64,000 nt of DNA from positions 2,396 through 66,395 of the forward strand of contig JAZRXY010000020.1 in assembly GCA_045600465.1 (NCBI GenBank), read 5' to 3'. The notes under the pieces were generated by a model. The model had not been told where the DNA came from, did no database searches, and was given only the letters and a program-made list of their open reading frames with translations. This stretch comes from Bacilli bacterium (GTDB lineage Bacteria; Bacillota_I; Bacilli_A; RFN20; UBA1709). Both the position numbers and the translations under genes were made by a program. Below, piece after piece: positions 9,305 through 18,201 of this stretch (positions within the stretch are counted from its first letter, which is position 1; every line of letters starts with the position of its first letter).

Positions 9305-9997
9305 ATGCAAATAAGCGGTTATCAAAAATTAACACTCCTTGACTATCCTAATAGGCTAGCTTGCATCATATTTTTACAAGGATGCAACCTAAATTGTCCC
9401 TATTGCCAAAACTCAGAAATTATAACAAATAAAGCCTTAGATCCCGTCCCAAAGGAAGAGATCATGGCTTTTCTAGGCAAAAGAAAAAGTGTTTTGGAAG
9501 GGGTAGTAATAACTGGGGGAGAACCTTTGCTAAATAGCGATGTTAAAGATTTTATCAAAGACATCAAAGCATTAGGTTACAAAATCAAAATTGATACAAA
9601 TGGCACTAATCCCAAGTTGCTAAAAAAGCTAATCGATGAAAAACTTATCGATTATGTAGCGATGGACATAAAAAATGCCCCAGAAAAATACGCTATGACT
9701 TGCGGAATTAGTTCAATTTTTATCGAACATATTATGCAATGCATAGTATTGATAAAAGAAAGCGGGATTGAACATGAGTTTAGAACCACAATCTGTAAAG
9801 ATTTCCACACTATCGAAGACATTAGAAAAATGTTAGAAATGGTAAAGGGGTCAACTTATTTTGTTCAAAACTTTGAAGTGAGTGAGTATGTGAGAAACAA
9901 AGATTTAAAGCCATTCACTAAAGAAGAGTTGATTAATATTAAAAAGTGTTTGGGTGACGAATATAAAAACCTCTATATTCGTAACCTAGAACACTAG
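9305..9997 (+). CDS. nrdG: Anaerobic ribonucleoside-triphosphate reductase activating protein (radical SAM)
   Basis: CNLNCPYCQN radical-SAM cluster motif, GVVITGGEPLL, and a position directly upstream of nrdD. Confidence 0.9.
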   Translation: MQISGYQKLTLLDYPNRLACIIFLQGCNLNCPYCQNSEIITNKALDPVPKEEIMAFLGKRKSVLEGVVITGGEPLLNSDVKDFIKDIKALGYKIKIDTNGTNPKLLKKLIDEKLIDYVAMDIKNAPEKYAMTCGISSIFIEHIMQCIVLIKESGIEHEFRTTICKDFHTIEDIRKMLEMVKGSTYFVQNFEVSEYVRNKDLKPFTKEELINIKKCLGDEYKNLYIRNLEH

Positions 9998-10018
9998 GAG
10001 GAAAAAGGAGAGAGTATT

Positions 10019-12388
10019 ATGTACAAAGTAAAGAAAAGAGATGGGAAATTAGTAGATTTTAACATTGCTAAGATTAAAGATGCAATGCTTGCTGCTTTTG
10101 ATGCAGTTGACTGTCAAATCGACGAAGACATTGTCGACTTTTTAGCTATCAAAGTTACAGCAGATTTCTCAAGCAAAGTTAAAGATGGAGCAATCGCTGT
10201 TGAAGATATTCAAGATAGCGTTGAAAGAGTTTTGATTAAAGGGGACTATGCTGATGTTGCAAAAGCATACATCCTATATCGTAAACTTCATGAAAAACAA
10301 AGAAACATATCATCAACAGTATTAGACTACAAAGATGTAGTTAATAGTTATGTTAATGTAAGTGACTGGCGTGTTAAGGAAAACTCAACAGTTACTTATT
10401 CAGTAGGTGGATTAATTCTATCTAACTCAGGTGCAATCACAGCTAACTATTGGTTAAGTGAAATCTATGATGAAGAAATCGCAAATGCTCACAAAAATGG
10501 CGATATGCACATTCATGATTTATCAATGCTAACAGGTTATTGCGCAGGTTGGTCACTAAAACAACTTATTCAAGAAGGTCTAGGTGGAATAACAGGTAAG
10601 ATTACATCTTCTCCTGCATCTCACTTATCAACGCTATGTAACCAAATGGTAAACTTTTTAGGTATCATGCAAAATGAATGGGCAGGAGCTCAAGCATTCT
10701 CTAGTTTTGATACTTATCTAGCTCCTTTTGTTAAGGCTGACAATCTAACATATAAAGAGGTTAAACAATGTATCCAATCATTTATTTATGGCGTTAATAC
10801 TCCATCAAGATGGGGAACACAAGCACCATTTACAAATGTTACACTTGACTGGACTGTTCCAAATGATATGGCTGAATTAAACTGTATCGTTGGTGGTAAA
10901 GAAATGCCATATAAATATAAGGATTGTAAGAAAGAAATGGATATGGTTAACAAGGCATTCATTGAAATCATGATCGAAGGTGATGCTAATGGTAGAGGTT
11001 TCCAATATCCAATTCCAACATACTCAATTACTAAAGACTTTGACTGGTCAGAAACAGAAAATAACAAATTATTATTTGAAATGACAGCAAAATACGGAAC
11101 GCCATATTTTTCAAACTATGTCAATAGTGATATGGAACCAAGTGATGTCAGAAGTATGTGTTGTAGATTAAGACTTGACTTAAGAGAGTTAAGAAGAAAA
11201 TCAGGTGGCTTCTTTGGTAGTGGAGAATCAACAGGTAGTGTTGGTGTTGTTACAATCAACATGCCAAGAATTGGCTATTTAGCAACAGATAAAGAAGACT
11301 TCTATAAAAAACTTGAACACATGATGGATATTGCAGCAAGATCAATTAAGATCAAACGTAATGTCATTACAAAATTGATGCAAGAAGGATTATATCCATA
11401 TACAAAGAGATATCTAGGAACATTTGATAACCACTTCTCAACAATTGGCTTAGTTGGTATGAACGAAGCTTGTTTAAATGCTAAGTGGTTAAGAAAAGAT
11501 TTAACTCACAAGGAAGCTCAAGAATTTGCTAAAGAAGTTTTAAACTTTATGCGTAACAAACTAAGCGATTACCAAGAAAAATATGGTGATTTATATAACT
11601 TAGAAGCAACACCTGCTGAATCAACAACATATAGACTAGCTAAACACGATGTTGAAAAATATCCAGATATCATTACTGCAGCAGAAGAGGGCGGGACTCC
11701 ATACTACACAAATAGTTCACATTTACCTGTAAGTTATACTTATGACATCTTTGATGCACTAGATGTCCAAGATGAATTACAAACACTATATACATCAGGA
11801 ACAGTCTTCCATGCATTCTTAGGTGAAAGATTAGAAAACTGGCAAGCAGCAGCAAAACTAGTTAAGACTATTTCAGATAATTATCGTTTGCCATACTACA
11901 CAATGTCACCAACTTACTCAGTATGTCCAGAACACGGTTATATTTCAGGCGAACATTTCCATTGTCCAATTTGCGGTAAAGAAGCAGAAGTTTATTCAAG
12001 AATCACAGGATATTATCGCCCTGTTAAAAACTGGAACGAAGGTAAGGTTCAAGAATTCAAACAAAGACAAGAATATCAACCAAATAAATCAGTTATGAAT
12101 CACCAAGGTGTAAACGTTATAGTTGACCAAGCTAAAGTTGATGCAAAACTAAGTGATGGATTATATCTATTTACAACAAAGACTTGTCCAAATTGTAAGA
12201 TGGCTAAACAAATTTTAGCTAACTATAAAGTAGAAGCCAAGATTCTTGATGCTAATGATGATGCAGAACTAGCATTAAAATTAGGCATTAAGCAAGCTCC
12301 AACACTAATTGTTGTTAAGAATAACAACACAGAAAAGATTCTTAATGTTTCAAACATTAAAAAATATATTGTTGAAGGACATGCTTAA
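10019..12388 (+). CDS. nrdD: Class III (anaerobic) ribonucleoside-triphosphate reductase with C-terminal thioredoxin-fold (CPNC) domain
   Basis: ATP-cone N-terminus, AHKNGDMHIHDL, CCRLRLD, zinc-ribbon region CPEHGY...HCPICG and glycyl-radical motif SRITGYYRP. An extra roughly 90-aa tail reads LFTTKTCPNCKMAK...QAPTLIV (CPNC at nt 12185-12196). Confidence 0.9.
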   Translation: MYKVKKRDGKLVDFNIAKIKDAMLAAFDAVDCQIDEDIVDFLAIKVTADFSSKVKDGAIAVEDIQDSVERVLIKGDYADVAKAYILYRKLHEKQRNISSTVLDYKDVVNSYVNVSDWRVKENSTVTYSVGGLILSNSGAITANYWLSEIYDEEIANAHKNGDMHIHDLSMLTGYCAGWSLKQLIQEGLGGITGKITSSPASHLSTLCNQMVNFLGIMQNEWAGAQAFSSFDTYLAPFVKADNLTYKEVKQCIQSFIYGVNTPSRWGTQAPFTNVTLDWTVPNDMAELNCIVGGKEMPYKYKDCKKEMDMVNKAFIEIMIEGDANGRGFQYPIPTYSITKDFDWSETENNKLLFEMTAKYGTPYFSNYVNSDMEPSDVRSMCCRLRLDLRELRRKSGGFFGSGESTGSVGVVTINMPRIGYLATDKEDFYKKLEHMMDIAARSIKIKRNVITKLMQEGLYPYTKRYLGTFDNHFSTIGLVGMNEACLNAKWLRKDLTHKEAQEFAKEVLNFMRNKLSDYQEKYGDLYNLEATPAESTTYRLAKHDVEKYPDIITAAEEGGTPYYTNSSHLPVSYTYDIFDALDVQDELQTLYTSGTVFHAFLGERLENWQAAAKLVKTISDNYRLPYYTMSPTYSVCPEHGYISGEHFHCPICGKEAEVYSRITGYYRPVKNWNEGKVQEFKQRQEYQPNKSVMNHQGVNVIVDQAKVDAKLSDGLYLFTTKTCPNCKMAKQILANYKVEAKILDANDDAELALKLGIKQAPTLIVVKNNNTEKILNVSNIKKYIVEGHA

Positions 12389-12390
12389 TT

Positions 12391-13302
12391 ATGACTACCA
12401 ATAATTATGATGTTATTGTTGTAGGATGTGGCCCTGCTGGACTTAGCGCAGCAATTTATGCACTAAGAGCAGAAAAAACAGTACTAATTTTAGAAAAGGA
12501 AACTATTGGCGGACAAATAACTTCTTCTCCGATGGTAGAAAACTATCCTGGATATAGCCACATCAGCGGTAGTGAATTAATGGAAAAGATGTATGATCAA
12601 GCACTTGAGTTAGGAGCGCAAATAGAACTTGAAGAAGTCTTATCTATTAAAGACGGCGAAACAAAAGAAGTTACAACAGATATGAACACTTATACTTGCA
12701 AGGCATTAATTATTGCTAGCGGGGCTAAAAACCGTCGATTAGGGTTAGAAAAAGAAGAAGAACTCTTTGGCGATGGTATCTCTACTTGTGTGACTTGTGA
12801 TGGAGCCTTCTATAAAGATAAAAATGTTGGTGTTATTGGTGGTGGAAACAGCGCCATGAGCGCAACAATTGGATTATTAGAATTATGTAAAGAGATAACA
12901 CTTATCAATGCTGGTGACAAACTAATGGCTGAAAAAGTCACTGTTGACCGCATTGAAAGAAAAAGAAATGTCAAAATTATCAATGGAGCTAAAGTGGTGG
13001 AACTTCTTGGCGAAAAAGGTAAGTTTGAAGGAGTAGTTATCGAGCATAAAGATGGTAAAAAAGAAACGTTGAACTTTGATGGTATCTTTGTAGAAATTGG
13101 GCAAGTACCACAAAGCGAAATTGTTAAAGGTTTATTAGAAATTGATAGCAATGGCTATATTGTAAGTAATGAAACATTAACTAATAAAGAAGGTATCTTT
13201 GTAGCGGGTGATGTTAGAGTTAAAAGCGTAAGACAACTAACAACAGCATGTGCTGATGGCAGTATTGCAGCTATTAATGCTATTCGTTATCTAGATAAAT
13301 AA
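12391..13302 (+). CDS. trxB: Thioredoxin-disulfide reductase family flavoprotein
   Basis: GCGPAGLSAA FAD motif, redox-active CVTCDG and GGGNSA. Starts 2 nt after the nrdD stop. The HRRxxxR position reads NAGDKLM. Confidence 0.85.
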   Translation: MTTNNYDVIVVGCGPAGLSAAIYALRAEKTVLILEKETIGGQITSSPMVENYPGYSHISGSELMEKMYDQALELGAQIELEEVLSIKDGETKEVTTDMNTYTCKALIIASGAKNRRLGLEKEEELFGDGISTCVTCDGAFYKDKNVGVIGGGNSAMSATIGLLELCKEITLINAGDKLMAEKVTVDRIERKRNVKIINGAKVVELLGEKGKFEGVVIEHKDGKKETLNFDGIFVEIGQVPQSEIVKGLLEIDSNGYIVSNETLTNKEGIFVAGDVRVKSVRQLTTACADGSIAAINAIRYLDK

Positions 13303-13307
13303 ATATT

Positions 13308-13330
13308 AAGGAAGCATCGCTTCCTTTTTA
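13308..13330 (+). terminator. Intrinsic terminator after trxB
   Basis: AAGGAAGC-atc-GCTTCCTT followed by TTTT. Confidence 0.75.
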
Positions 13331-13411
13331 TGAGCATATTTGTTGAAGATAAAAGGCTAAACAAAATATAATATAAGGGAAAGAAATAAATAATTAAAGG
13401 AGGTAACAATT

Positions 13412-13786
13412 ATGAAATTCTTCAAATGTAAACATTGCGGTAACTTCATTGTATCAATCTATGATAGTGGAGTAGCAATGATCTGCTGCGGCGAAGAAAT
13501 GCAAGAGTTAAAAGCAAACACAACAGATGGCGCATTCGAAAAACACGTTCCGGCAGTAGAAATTAATGGAAATGAAGTCTTAGTAAAGGTTGGAAGTGTA
13601 GAACATCCAATGTTACCAGCTCATCACATTGATTGGCTAATCTTAGAAACAACAAATGGTTATCAAAAACAAGACTTAAAACAAGACGGCAAACCTGAAG
13701 CTAAATTTGTTTTAGCAGCAGGTGAAAAAGTAGTAGCAGCTTATGAATACTGTAATCTTCATGGACTTTGGAAAAAGGAATTATAA
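13412..13786 (+). CDS. dfx: Desulfoferrodoxin (2Fe superoxide reductase)
   Basis: N-terminal desulforedoxin-like CKHCGN...ICCGEEM, plus a neelaredoxin-type centre (EKHVP, HPM, HHIDW, CNLHGLW). Confidence 0.85.
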   Translation: MKFFKCKHCGNFIVSIYDSGVAMICCGEEMQELKANTTDGAFEKHVPAVEINGNEVLVKVGSVEHPMLPAHHIDWLILETTNGYQKQDLKQDGKPEAKFVLAAGEKVVAAYEYCNLHGLWKKEL

Positions 13787-13795
13787 TTTGAAACG

Positions 13796-13820
13796 AAAAC
13801 CCTAGCAATAGGGTTTTTAT
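13796..13820 (+). terminator. Intrinsic terminator after dfx
   Basis: AAAACCCT-agcaat-AGGGTTTT followed by a T-run. Confidence 0.75.
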
Positions 13821-13865
13821 TATGATTTTTTATGCTATAATATTTAACGATAAAGGGATGATAGT

Positions 13866-15584
13866 ATGTTTAAAATGTTTGTGTCTTATTACAAGAAACA
13901 TTTAGGTTTATTTATATTCGATTTGTTTTGTGCACTTTTTGTGGCAGTAATTGATTTAGTATTTCCTCTTGTAAACAAAAAAGCTTTAAATGAATTCATT
14001 CCTAATTCTAATATGAAGGCTTTGTATATTGCAGGAATAATCATGCTAGGTTTATTCATCATCAGATTTGCTTTACATTATTGCATGGGTTATTATGGCC
14101 ATGTTTTAGGTATAAAAATGGAAACTTCCATGCGAAAGGATGCTTTTGCTAAATTTGAATCACTAGATTATGAATATTACGATAATAAAAAGACAGGAGA
14201 ACTTTTGTCTAATCTATCAACTCATTTAAGTGACATTAGTGAAATGGCTCACCATGCTCCCGAAGATATTTTAATTTCTGTTTTAATGATTATTGGATCG
14301 TTCATTATTCTATTTAGAATAAACATTTATCTAACTCTTATTTGCTTTGTCTTTATTGCAATTTTAGCGATATTTGCTATTTCTAGACAGAGGATAAGAG
14401 CAGTTAAATTTAGAAAGGTTAGGAGTGAACAGGGAGAACTTCTTGCAAAAATGGAGAACTCACTAGGAGGGATCCATTTAACACAAGCCTACAATAATGA
14501 AAAATATGAAATTAAAAAATTCGATGAAGTAAATGAAAACTACAAAAAAGCACGCTCTGGTATTTTTAAAGAGTTTGGCTTATTTGGTGGAGGAGTTCAT
14601 TTTCTAACAAATTTAGCTAACCTTGCCGTTCTTGTTGGCGGCGGAGTATTTGTTTTTGAAGGATTTATTGATTTAACTGATCTAATCACTTATTTCTTGT
14701 ATATTAACTTTCTAATTTCTCCAATTCAAAGACTTGCTAACTCGATGGAAACAATTCAAAGTGGCTGGAGTGGAGTAGAAAAATTCTATGGTGTAATGAC
14801 TACTGAATCAAAAATAAAAGAAAAAGCAAACGCAGTAGAAAATCACGATTTTGTTGGTGATATTGCCTTTGATAGTGTTTGCTTTAAATATGGCGGTAGT
14901 GAGAATAATGTTCTTAATAATTTCGATTTAAAGATAAAACATGGTGAAAACATTGCCTTAGTTGGTGAAACAGGGGTGGGGAAATCTACTATTTCAAAAC
15001 TTATTCCTCGTTTCTATGATATCAGTTCTGGGAAATTAAGCATTGATGGGATTGATGTAAAAGATTATAAGATAGAAACTTTAAGAGGTGCAATTGGCCA
15101 CGTTCAACAAGATGTTTTTATCTTTTGGGGGAGTATAAAAGAGAATATTTTATATGGTAGACCCGATGCAAGTGATAAAGAAGTTGTAGAGGCGGCCAAA
15201 AAAGCTGATATTCATGATTTTATCATGAGCTTAGAAAACGGATATGATACCATGTGCGGCGAAAGAGGAATTAGGCTTTCTGGTGGCCAGAAGCAACGTA
15301 TTGCAATTGCAAGACTATTTTTAAGAAATCCAAGTATTATTATCCTGGATGAAGCAACTAGTGCTTTGGATAATGTTACAGAACATCAAGTCCAAAAAGC
15401 ATTCGAATCATTATCGAAAGGAAGAACTAGTATTGTAATTGCACATAGACTAACAACAGTTAGAAATGCGGATAAGATAATTGTTCTAGGAAAAGATGGC
15501 ATTATTGAAGCAGGTAAACACGAAGAACTTATGGCTAAAAAGGGTGTTTATGAAAAGATGTATAATGCTTGCTTGGAGGTTTAA
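13866..15584 (+). CDS. ABC exporter, fused permease/ATPase (MsbA/MdlB type)
   Basis: Six-TM N-terminal half, Walker A GETGVGKST, signature LSGGQKQR and Walker B IIILDEATS. Confidence 0.9.
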   Translation: MFKMFVSYYKKHLGLFIFDLFCALFVAVIDLVFPLVNKKALNEFIPNSNMKALYIAGIIMLGLFIIRFALHYCMGYYGHVLGIKMETSMRKDAFAKFESLDYEYYDNKKTGELLSNLSTHLSDISEMAHHAPEDILISVLMIIGSFIILFRINIYLTLICFVFIAILAIFAISRQRIRAVKFRKVRSEQGELLAKMENSLGGIHLTQAYNNEKYEIKKFDEVNENYKKARSGIFKEFGLFGGGVHFLTNLANLAVLVGGGVFVFEGFIDLTDLITYFLYINFLISPIQRLANSMETIQSGWSGVEKFYGVMTTESKIKEKANAVENHDFVGDIAFDSVCFKYGGSENNVLNNFDLKIKHGENIALVGETGVGKSTISKLIPRFYDISSGKLSIDGIDVKDYKIETLRGAIGHVQQDVFIFWGSIKENILYGRPDASDKEVVEAAKKADIHDFIMSLENGYDTMCGERGIRLSGGQKQRIAIARLFLRNPSIIILDEATSALDNVTEHQVQKAFESLSKGRTSIVIAHRLTTVRNADKIIVLGKDGIIEAGKHEELMAKKGVYEKMYNACLEV

Positions 15585-15586
15585 TT

Positions 15587-16108
15587 ATGCGTTATAAATA
15601 TTTAGGACATTTTGATGATGTTTATTATGATGATAAGCCTTTAAACGATGCTAGGTTTTGTAGTAGAGGAATCATTTTAAATAAAGAAAATAAAATTGCA
15701 ATAATTCATGTTCGTGGCAATGATGATTTTGGTGTAAGAGATTATTATGAACTTCCTGGTGGTGGCTTAGAAAATAATGAAAGTTATGAAAGTTGCCTAA
15801 TAAGAGAAATGCAAGAGGAATTAGGAGTTAATATTGATAATATTATCCCTTTAGGGGTTGTTAGTTATGATTTCAAAAAAATTGGAGTTCATAATATTGC
15901 AATGTACTATGTGGGAAGAGTTTGTGGGGAAGCAAAAACTAATTATACAAAGAAAGAAAAAAAGCTATTTGCAAGTATAGAATGGTATGAATTAGATGAT
16001 CTAATTCTCTTATTAGAAACCTATAAAACATTAAAGGTAGGAATTCAAATAAGAGATAGGGAATTGTGTGTATTAAAAGAATACAAAGCAAATTACTTAA
16101 ATAAGTAG
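15587..16108 (+). CDS. NUDIX hydrolase
   Basis: Nudix box GGGLENNESYESCLIREMQEELG. ATG 15587 is preceded by GGAGGT. Confidence 0.8.
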   Translation: MRYKYLGHFDDVYYDDKPLNDARFCSRGIILNKENKIAIIHVRGNDDFGVRDYYELPGGGLENNESYESCLIREMQEELGVNIDNIIPLGVVSYDFKKIGVHNIAMYYVGRVCGEAKTNYTKKEKKLFASIEWYELDDLILLLETYKTLKVGIQIRDRELCVLKEYKANYLNK

Positions 16109-16178
16109 TTTTAACTTTACAAATATGGCTTTTTTAGTTAAAATATATTCGCACACTTAATTTAAGTGTGACATTTAT

Positions 16179-16256
16179 GGCGGTTGTGGCGAAGCGGTTT
16201 AACGCACCTGACTGTGACTCAGGCACGCGTGGGTTCGATCCCCACTAGCCGCCCCA
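16179..16256 (+). tRNA. tRNA-His (anticodon GTG)
   Basis: Cloverleaf read by eye: extra G(-1) paired with C73, anticodon stem CCTGA/TCAGG with loop CTGTGAC, T-arm GTGGG-TTCGATC-CCCAC, encoded CCA. Confidence 0.85.
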
Positions 16257-16331
16257 TTTTTTAAAAAAACAAAGTCTTTAAAGACTTTTTATTTTTGCAA
16301 TGATATAATTATTAAAAAGAGGTGGTTAATT

Positions 16332-16862
16332 ATGGAGTTAGTTAAAACAATTGAGGGAAGAAAAAGTATTAGAAAATACAAAAACACACCAGTCGATAGA
16401 GAAACAATCAAAGAACTTATTAGATGTGCTAATTTAGCACCATCATGGAAGAACACACAAGTATCTAGATTCTATGTTGTTGATGGCGAAAAGAAAAAAG
16501 AATTCCTAGATTGTTTACCAGAACAAAATGTTACTAATGTAAAAGATGCTTCTACAATTATTGTTACTACTGTAATAATGGGGTTGAGTGGCTACATGTT
16601 AGATGGTAGCATCGGTTCTCATTTAAAAGAAAACTTTGCCCTATTTGATAATGGATTGCAAGTTCAAAATTTATGCTTAAGAGCATATGATTTAGGACTA
16701 GGAACATTAGTCATGGGCTTATATGATGAAAACAAGATAAGAAAATTCTTTGATATTCCAGAGAACGAAACAATCGTTACAGTTGTTGCGGTAGGATATA
16801 GAGATATTGATCCTGTTGCTAGACCAAGACTTAAGGTTGATGAATTAGTAAAATTTAAATAA
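16332..16862 (+). CDS. Nitroreductase-family flavoprotein
   Basis: RKSIRKYKNTPV N-terminal motif and APSWKNTQ. The size is typical of the family. Confidence 0.75.
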   Translation: MELVKTIEGRKSIRKYKNTPVDRETIKELIRCANLAPSWKNTQVSRFYVVDGEKKKEFLDCLPEQNVTNVKDASTIIVTTVIMGLSGYMLDGSIGSHLKENFALFDNGLQVQNLCLRAYDLGLGTLVMGLYDENKIRKFFDIPENETIVTVVAVGYRDIDPVARPRLKVDELVKFK

Positions 16863-16871
16863 AATAAAACT

Positions 16872-16893
16872 AAAGGAGGACATGCCTCCTTTT
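16872..16893. terminator. Bidirectional intrinsic terminator
   Basis: AAAGGAGG-acatg-CCTCCTTT between convergent genes. Confidence 0.7.
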
Positions 16894-17883
16894 CTATTTG
16901 TATGAATCTAGAGCTTCTTTGTAGCGTTTTTGCATATAATCTCTTAATGGTTTAGGAGATAATACTACTGCATCTTTGCCAAAAACAAAGAAGTATTGTT
17001 TTATTTGCTCTTCTGTGCAATCAAAATAATAGATGTCGTTTTCTATTTTGAATGGTTTAGGTTTGTTAATATAACGAATTTTATATAAGTGTTTACCTTC
17101 TTCGGTTAGTTTTATTTGAATGTTATTAGCATCCTCACCTTTTGTGGTGATGAATTGTGGCCCTTGTTCTATCATTCTTTTGAGAACACCAATATTATTT
17201 TTTTCAAAACTAGAAGACTTGTTCATACAAGTGACTTGTCTAATTCTAGACATTCTAAATGTGATGACATTTTTTTGTTCACTTTCTGCTAATAAATAAT
17301 TAAAAATCTCTTCTCTAGAACTTGTGACAATGTAAGGTGATAGTTTGTAAGCGTTGTTACTCTTATTAACAATATAGATCATCTTTTTTTCTTTGATGGC
17401 ATTATTAATTTCTTCGAACGTATCTTTAAAAAGAATCGTTTCTCTTTTGTTACGAGGAAGTCTAATGTATGAAGCAAAGAAGTTTCTAAAATAATTTGAC
17501 AGTGTAATGGCAGGGTTTAAATTACTTTTAATAAAATTAATTGTTTTGCTAGACACTTTTGTAGGAGTAATAGATAAAGCTATTTCTGCTTTAGGCCCAA
17601 TGGCATTTTTAGAATTCTTTTCAAAGATATCTAGAATCTTACCAGAAACAATTTCGGCATCAAATCCTTTTAGATTAGTCTCGCTAAGTAATGTATCTTT
17701 TATCTTATTCAAAACTATGCCATAAGTTTTTTGATAAATATCGTGATAGTTTGCGATTAAAAGATTAACGAATTCATTTTTGTTTAATGAGCCATTTCTT
17801 TTAAAGAACTCAAAAAGTTCAACATCTTCAATTAAAGTATCATAGATGTTTTTAGGCAAATAAATTTTTATTTTTTCTTCCAT
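16894..17883 (-). CDS. WYL-domain protein with non-canonical N-terminal region (putative regulator)
   Basis: WYL-like core KLSPYIVTSSREEIFNYLLAES..ITFRMSRIRQV and C-terminal FGKDAVVLSPKPLRDYM, typical of WYL regulators. No obvious wHTH. Start at ATG 17883 with RBS AAGAGGTG. Confidence 0.55.
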   Translation of the reverse strand: MEEKIKIYLPKNIYDTLIEDVELFEFFKRNGSLNKNEFVNLLIANYHDIYQKTYGIVLNKIKDTLLSETNLKGFDAEIVSGKILDIFEKNSKNAIGPKAEIALSITPTKVSSKTINFIKSNLNPAITLSNYFRNFFASYIRLPRNKRETILFKDTFEEINNAIKEKKMIYIVNKSNNAYKLSPYIVTSSREEIFNYLLAESEQKNVITFRMSRIRQVTCMNKSSSFEKNNIGVLKRMIEQGPQFITTKGEDANNIQIKLTEEGKHLYKIRYINKPKPFKIENDIYYFDCTEEQIKQYFFVFGKDAVVLSPKPLRDYMQKRYKEALDSYK

Positions 17884-17904
17884 AATTAACACCTCTTAGA
17901 TTGT

Positions 17905-17934
17905 ATTATACCTTAAATGGGGTCGTAAAAACAA
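17905..17934 (-). promoter_or_regulatory. Candidate promoter of the WYL gene
   Basis: On the minus strand: TTGTTT (17929-17934), 18-nt spacer, TATAAT (17905-17910). It overlaps one CGTAAAAA repeat. Confidence 0.45.
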
Positions 17935-18011
17935 ACAAAATCACGTAAAAATAAGATAGATATTAGCAAAAAAGGGGTTGAAAATGTATTGTTTCTGCTG
18001 GTTTTTACGAC
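17922..18011. repeat. 11-bp perfect inverted repeat GTCGTAAAAAC / GTTTTTACGAC separated by 68 nt
   Basis: Arms at 17922-17932 and 18001-18011. A third, direct CGTAAAAA copy lies at 17944-17951. Confidence 0.7.
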
Positions 18012-18030
18012 TCTACTTATAGTTTAAGAT

Positions 18031-18201
18031 ATGGGTAGAGAGGAAATAGTAAGATCTGTTCATGTAGGAATCAAGGTCCTAAAAATCTTATTCAGTTTCA
18101 TATTTATATTGTTATCCTTCTTGGCGTTTAGTTTATATCTATTACCCCTTGTGCTTAGATTCCTACATAAACAGATTTTACTAGCATGGTGGATATTATG
18201 A
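18031..18201 (+). CDS. Candidate small hydrophobic peptide (56 aa), not in the ORF track
   Basis: ATG..TGA ORF translating to MGREEIVRSVHVGIKVLKILFSFIFILLSFLAFSLYLLPLVLRFLHKQILLAWWIL. No SD. TATAGT (18018-18023) lies 7 nt upstream of the ATG, so it may be leaderless. ATGA overlap with the next small ORF. Confidence 0.3.
   Translation: MGREEIVRSVHVGIKVLKILFSFIFILLSFLAFSLYLLPLVLRFLHKQILLAWWIL
18050..18180. repeat. 23-bp imperfect inverted repeat enclosing 85 nt
   Basis: TAAGATCTGTTCATGTAGGAATC (18050-18072) pairs with GATTCCTACATAAACAGATTTTA (18158-18180): 21 Watson-Crick pairs, one G-T and one mismatch. Confidence 0.75.
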
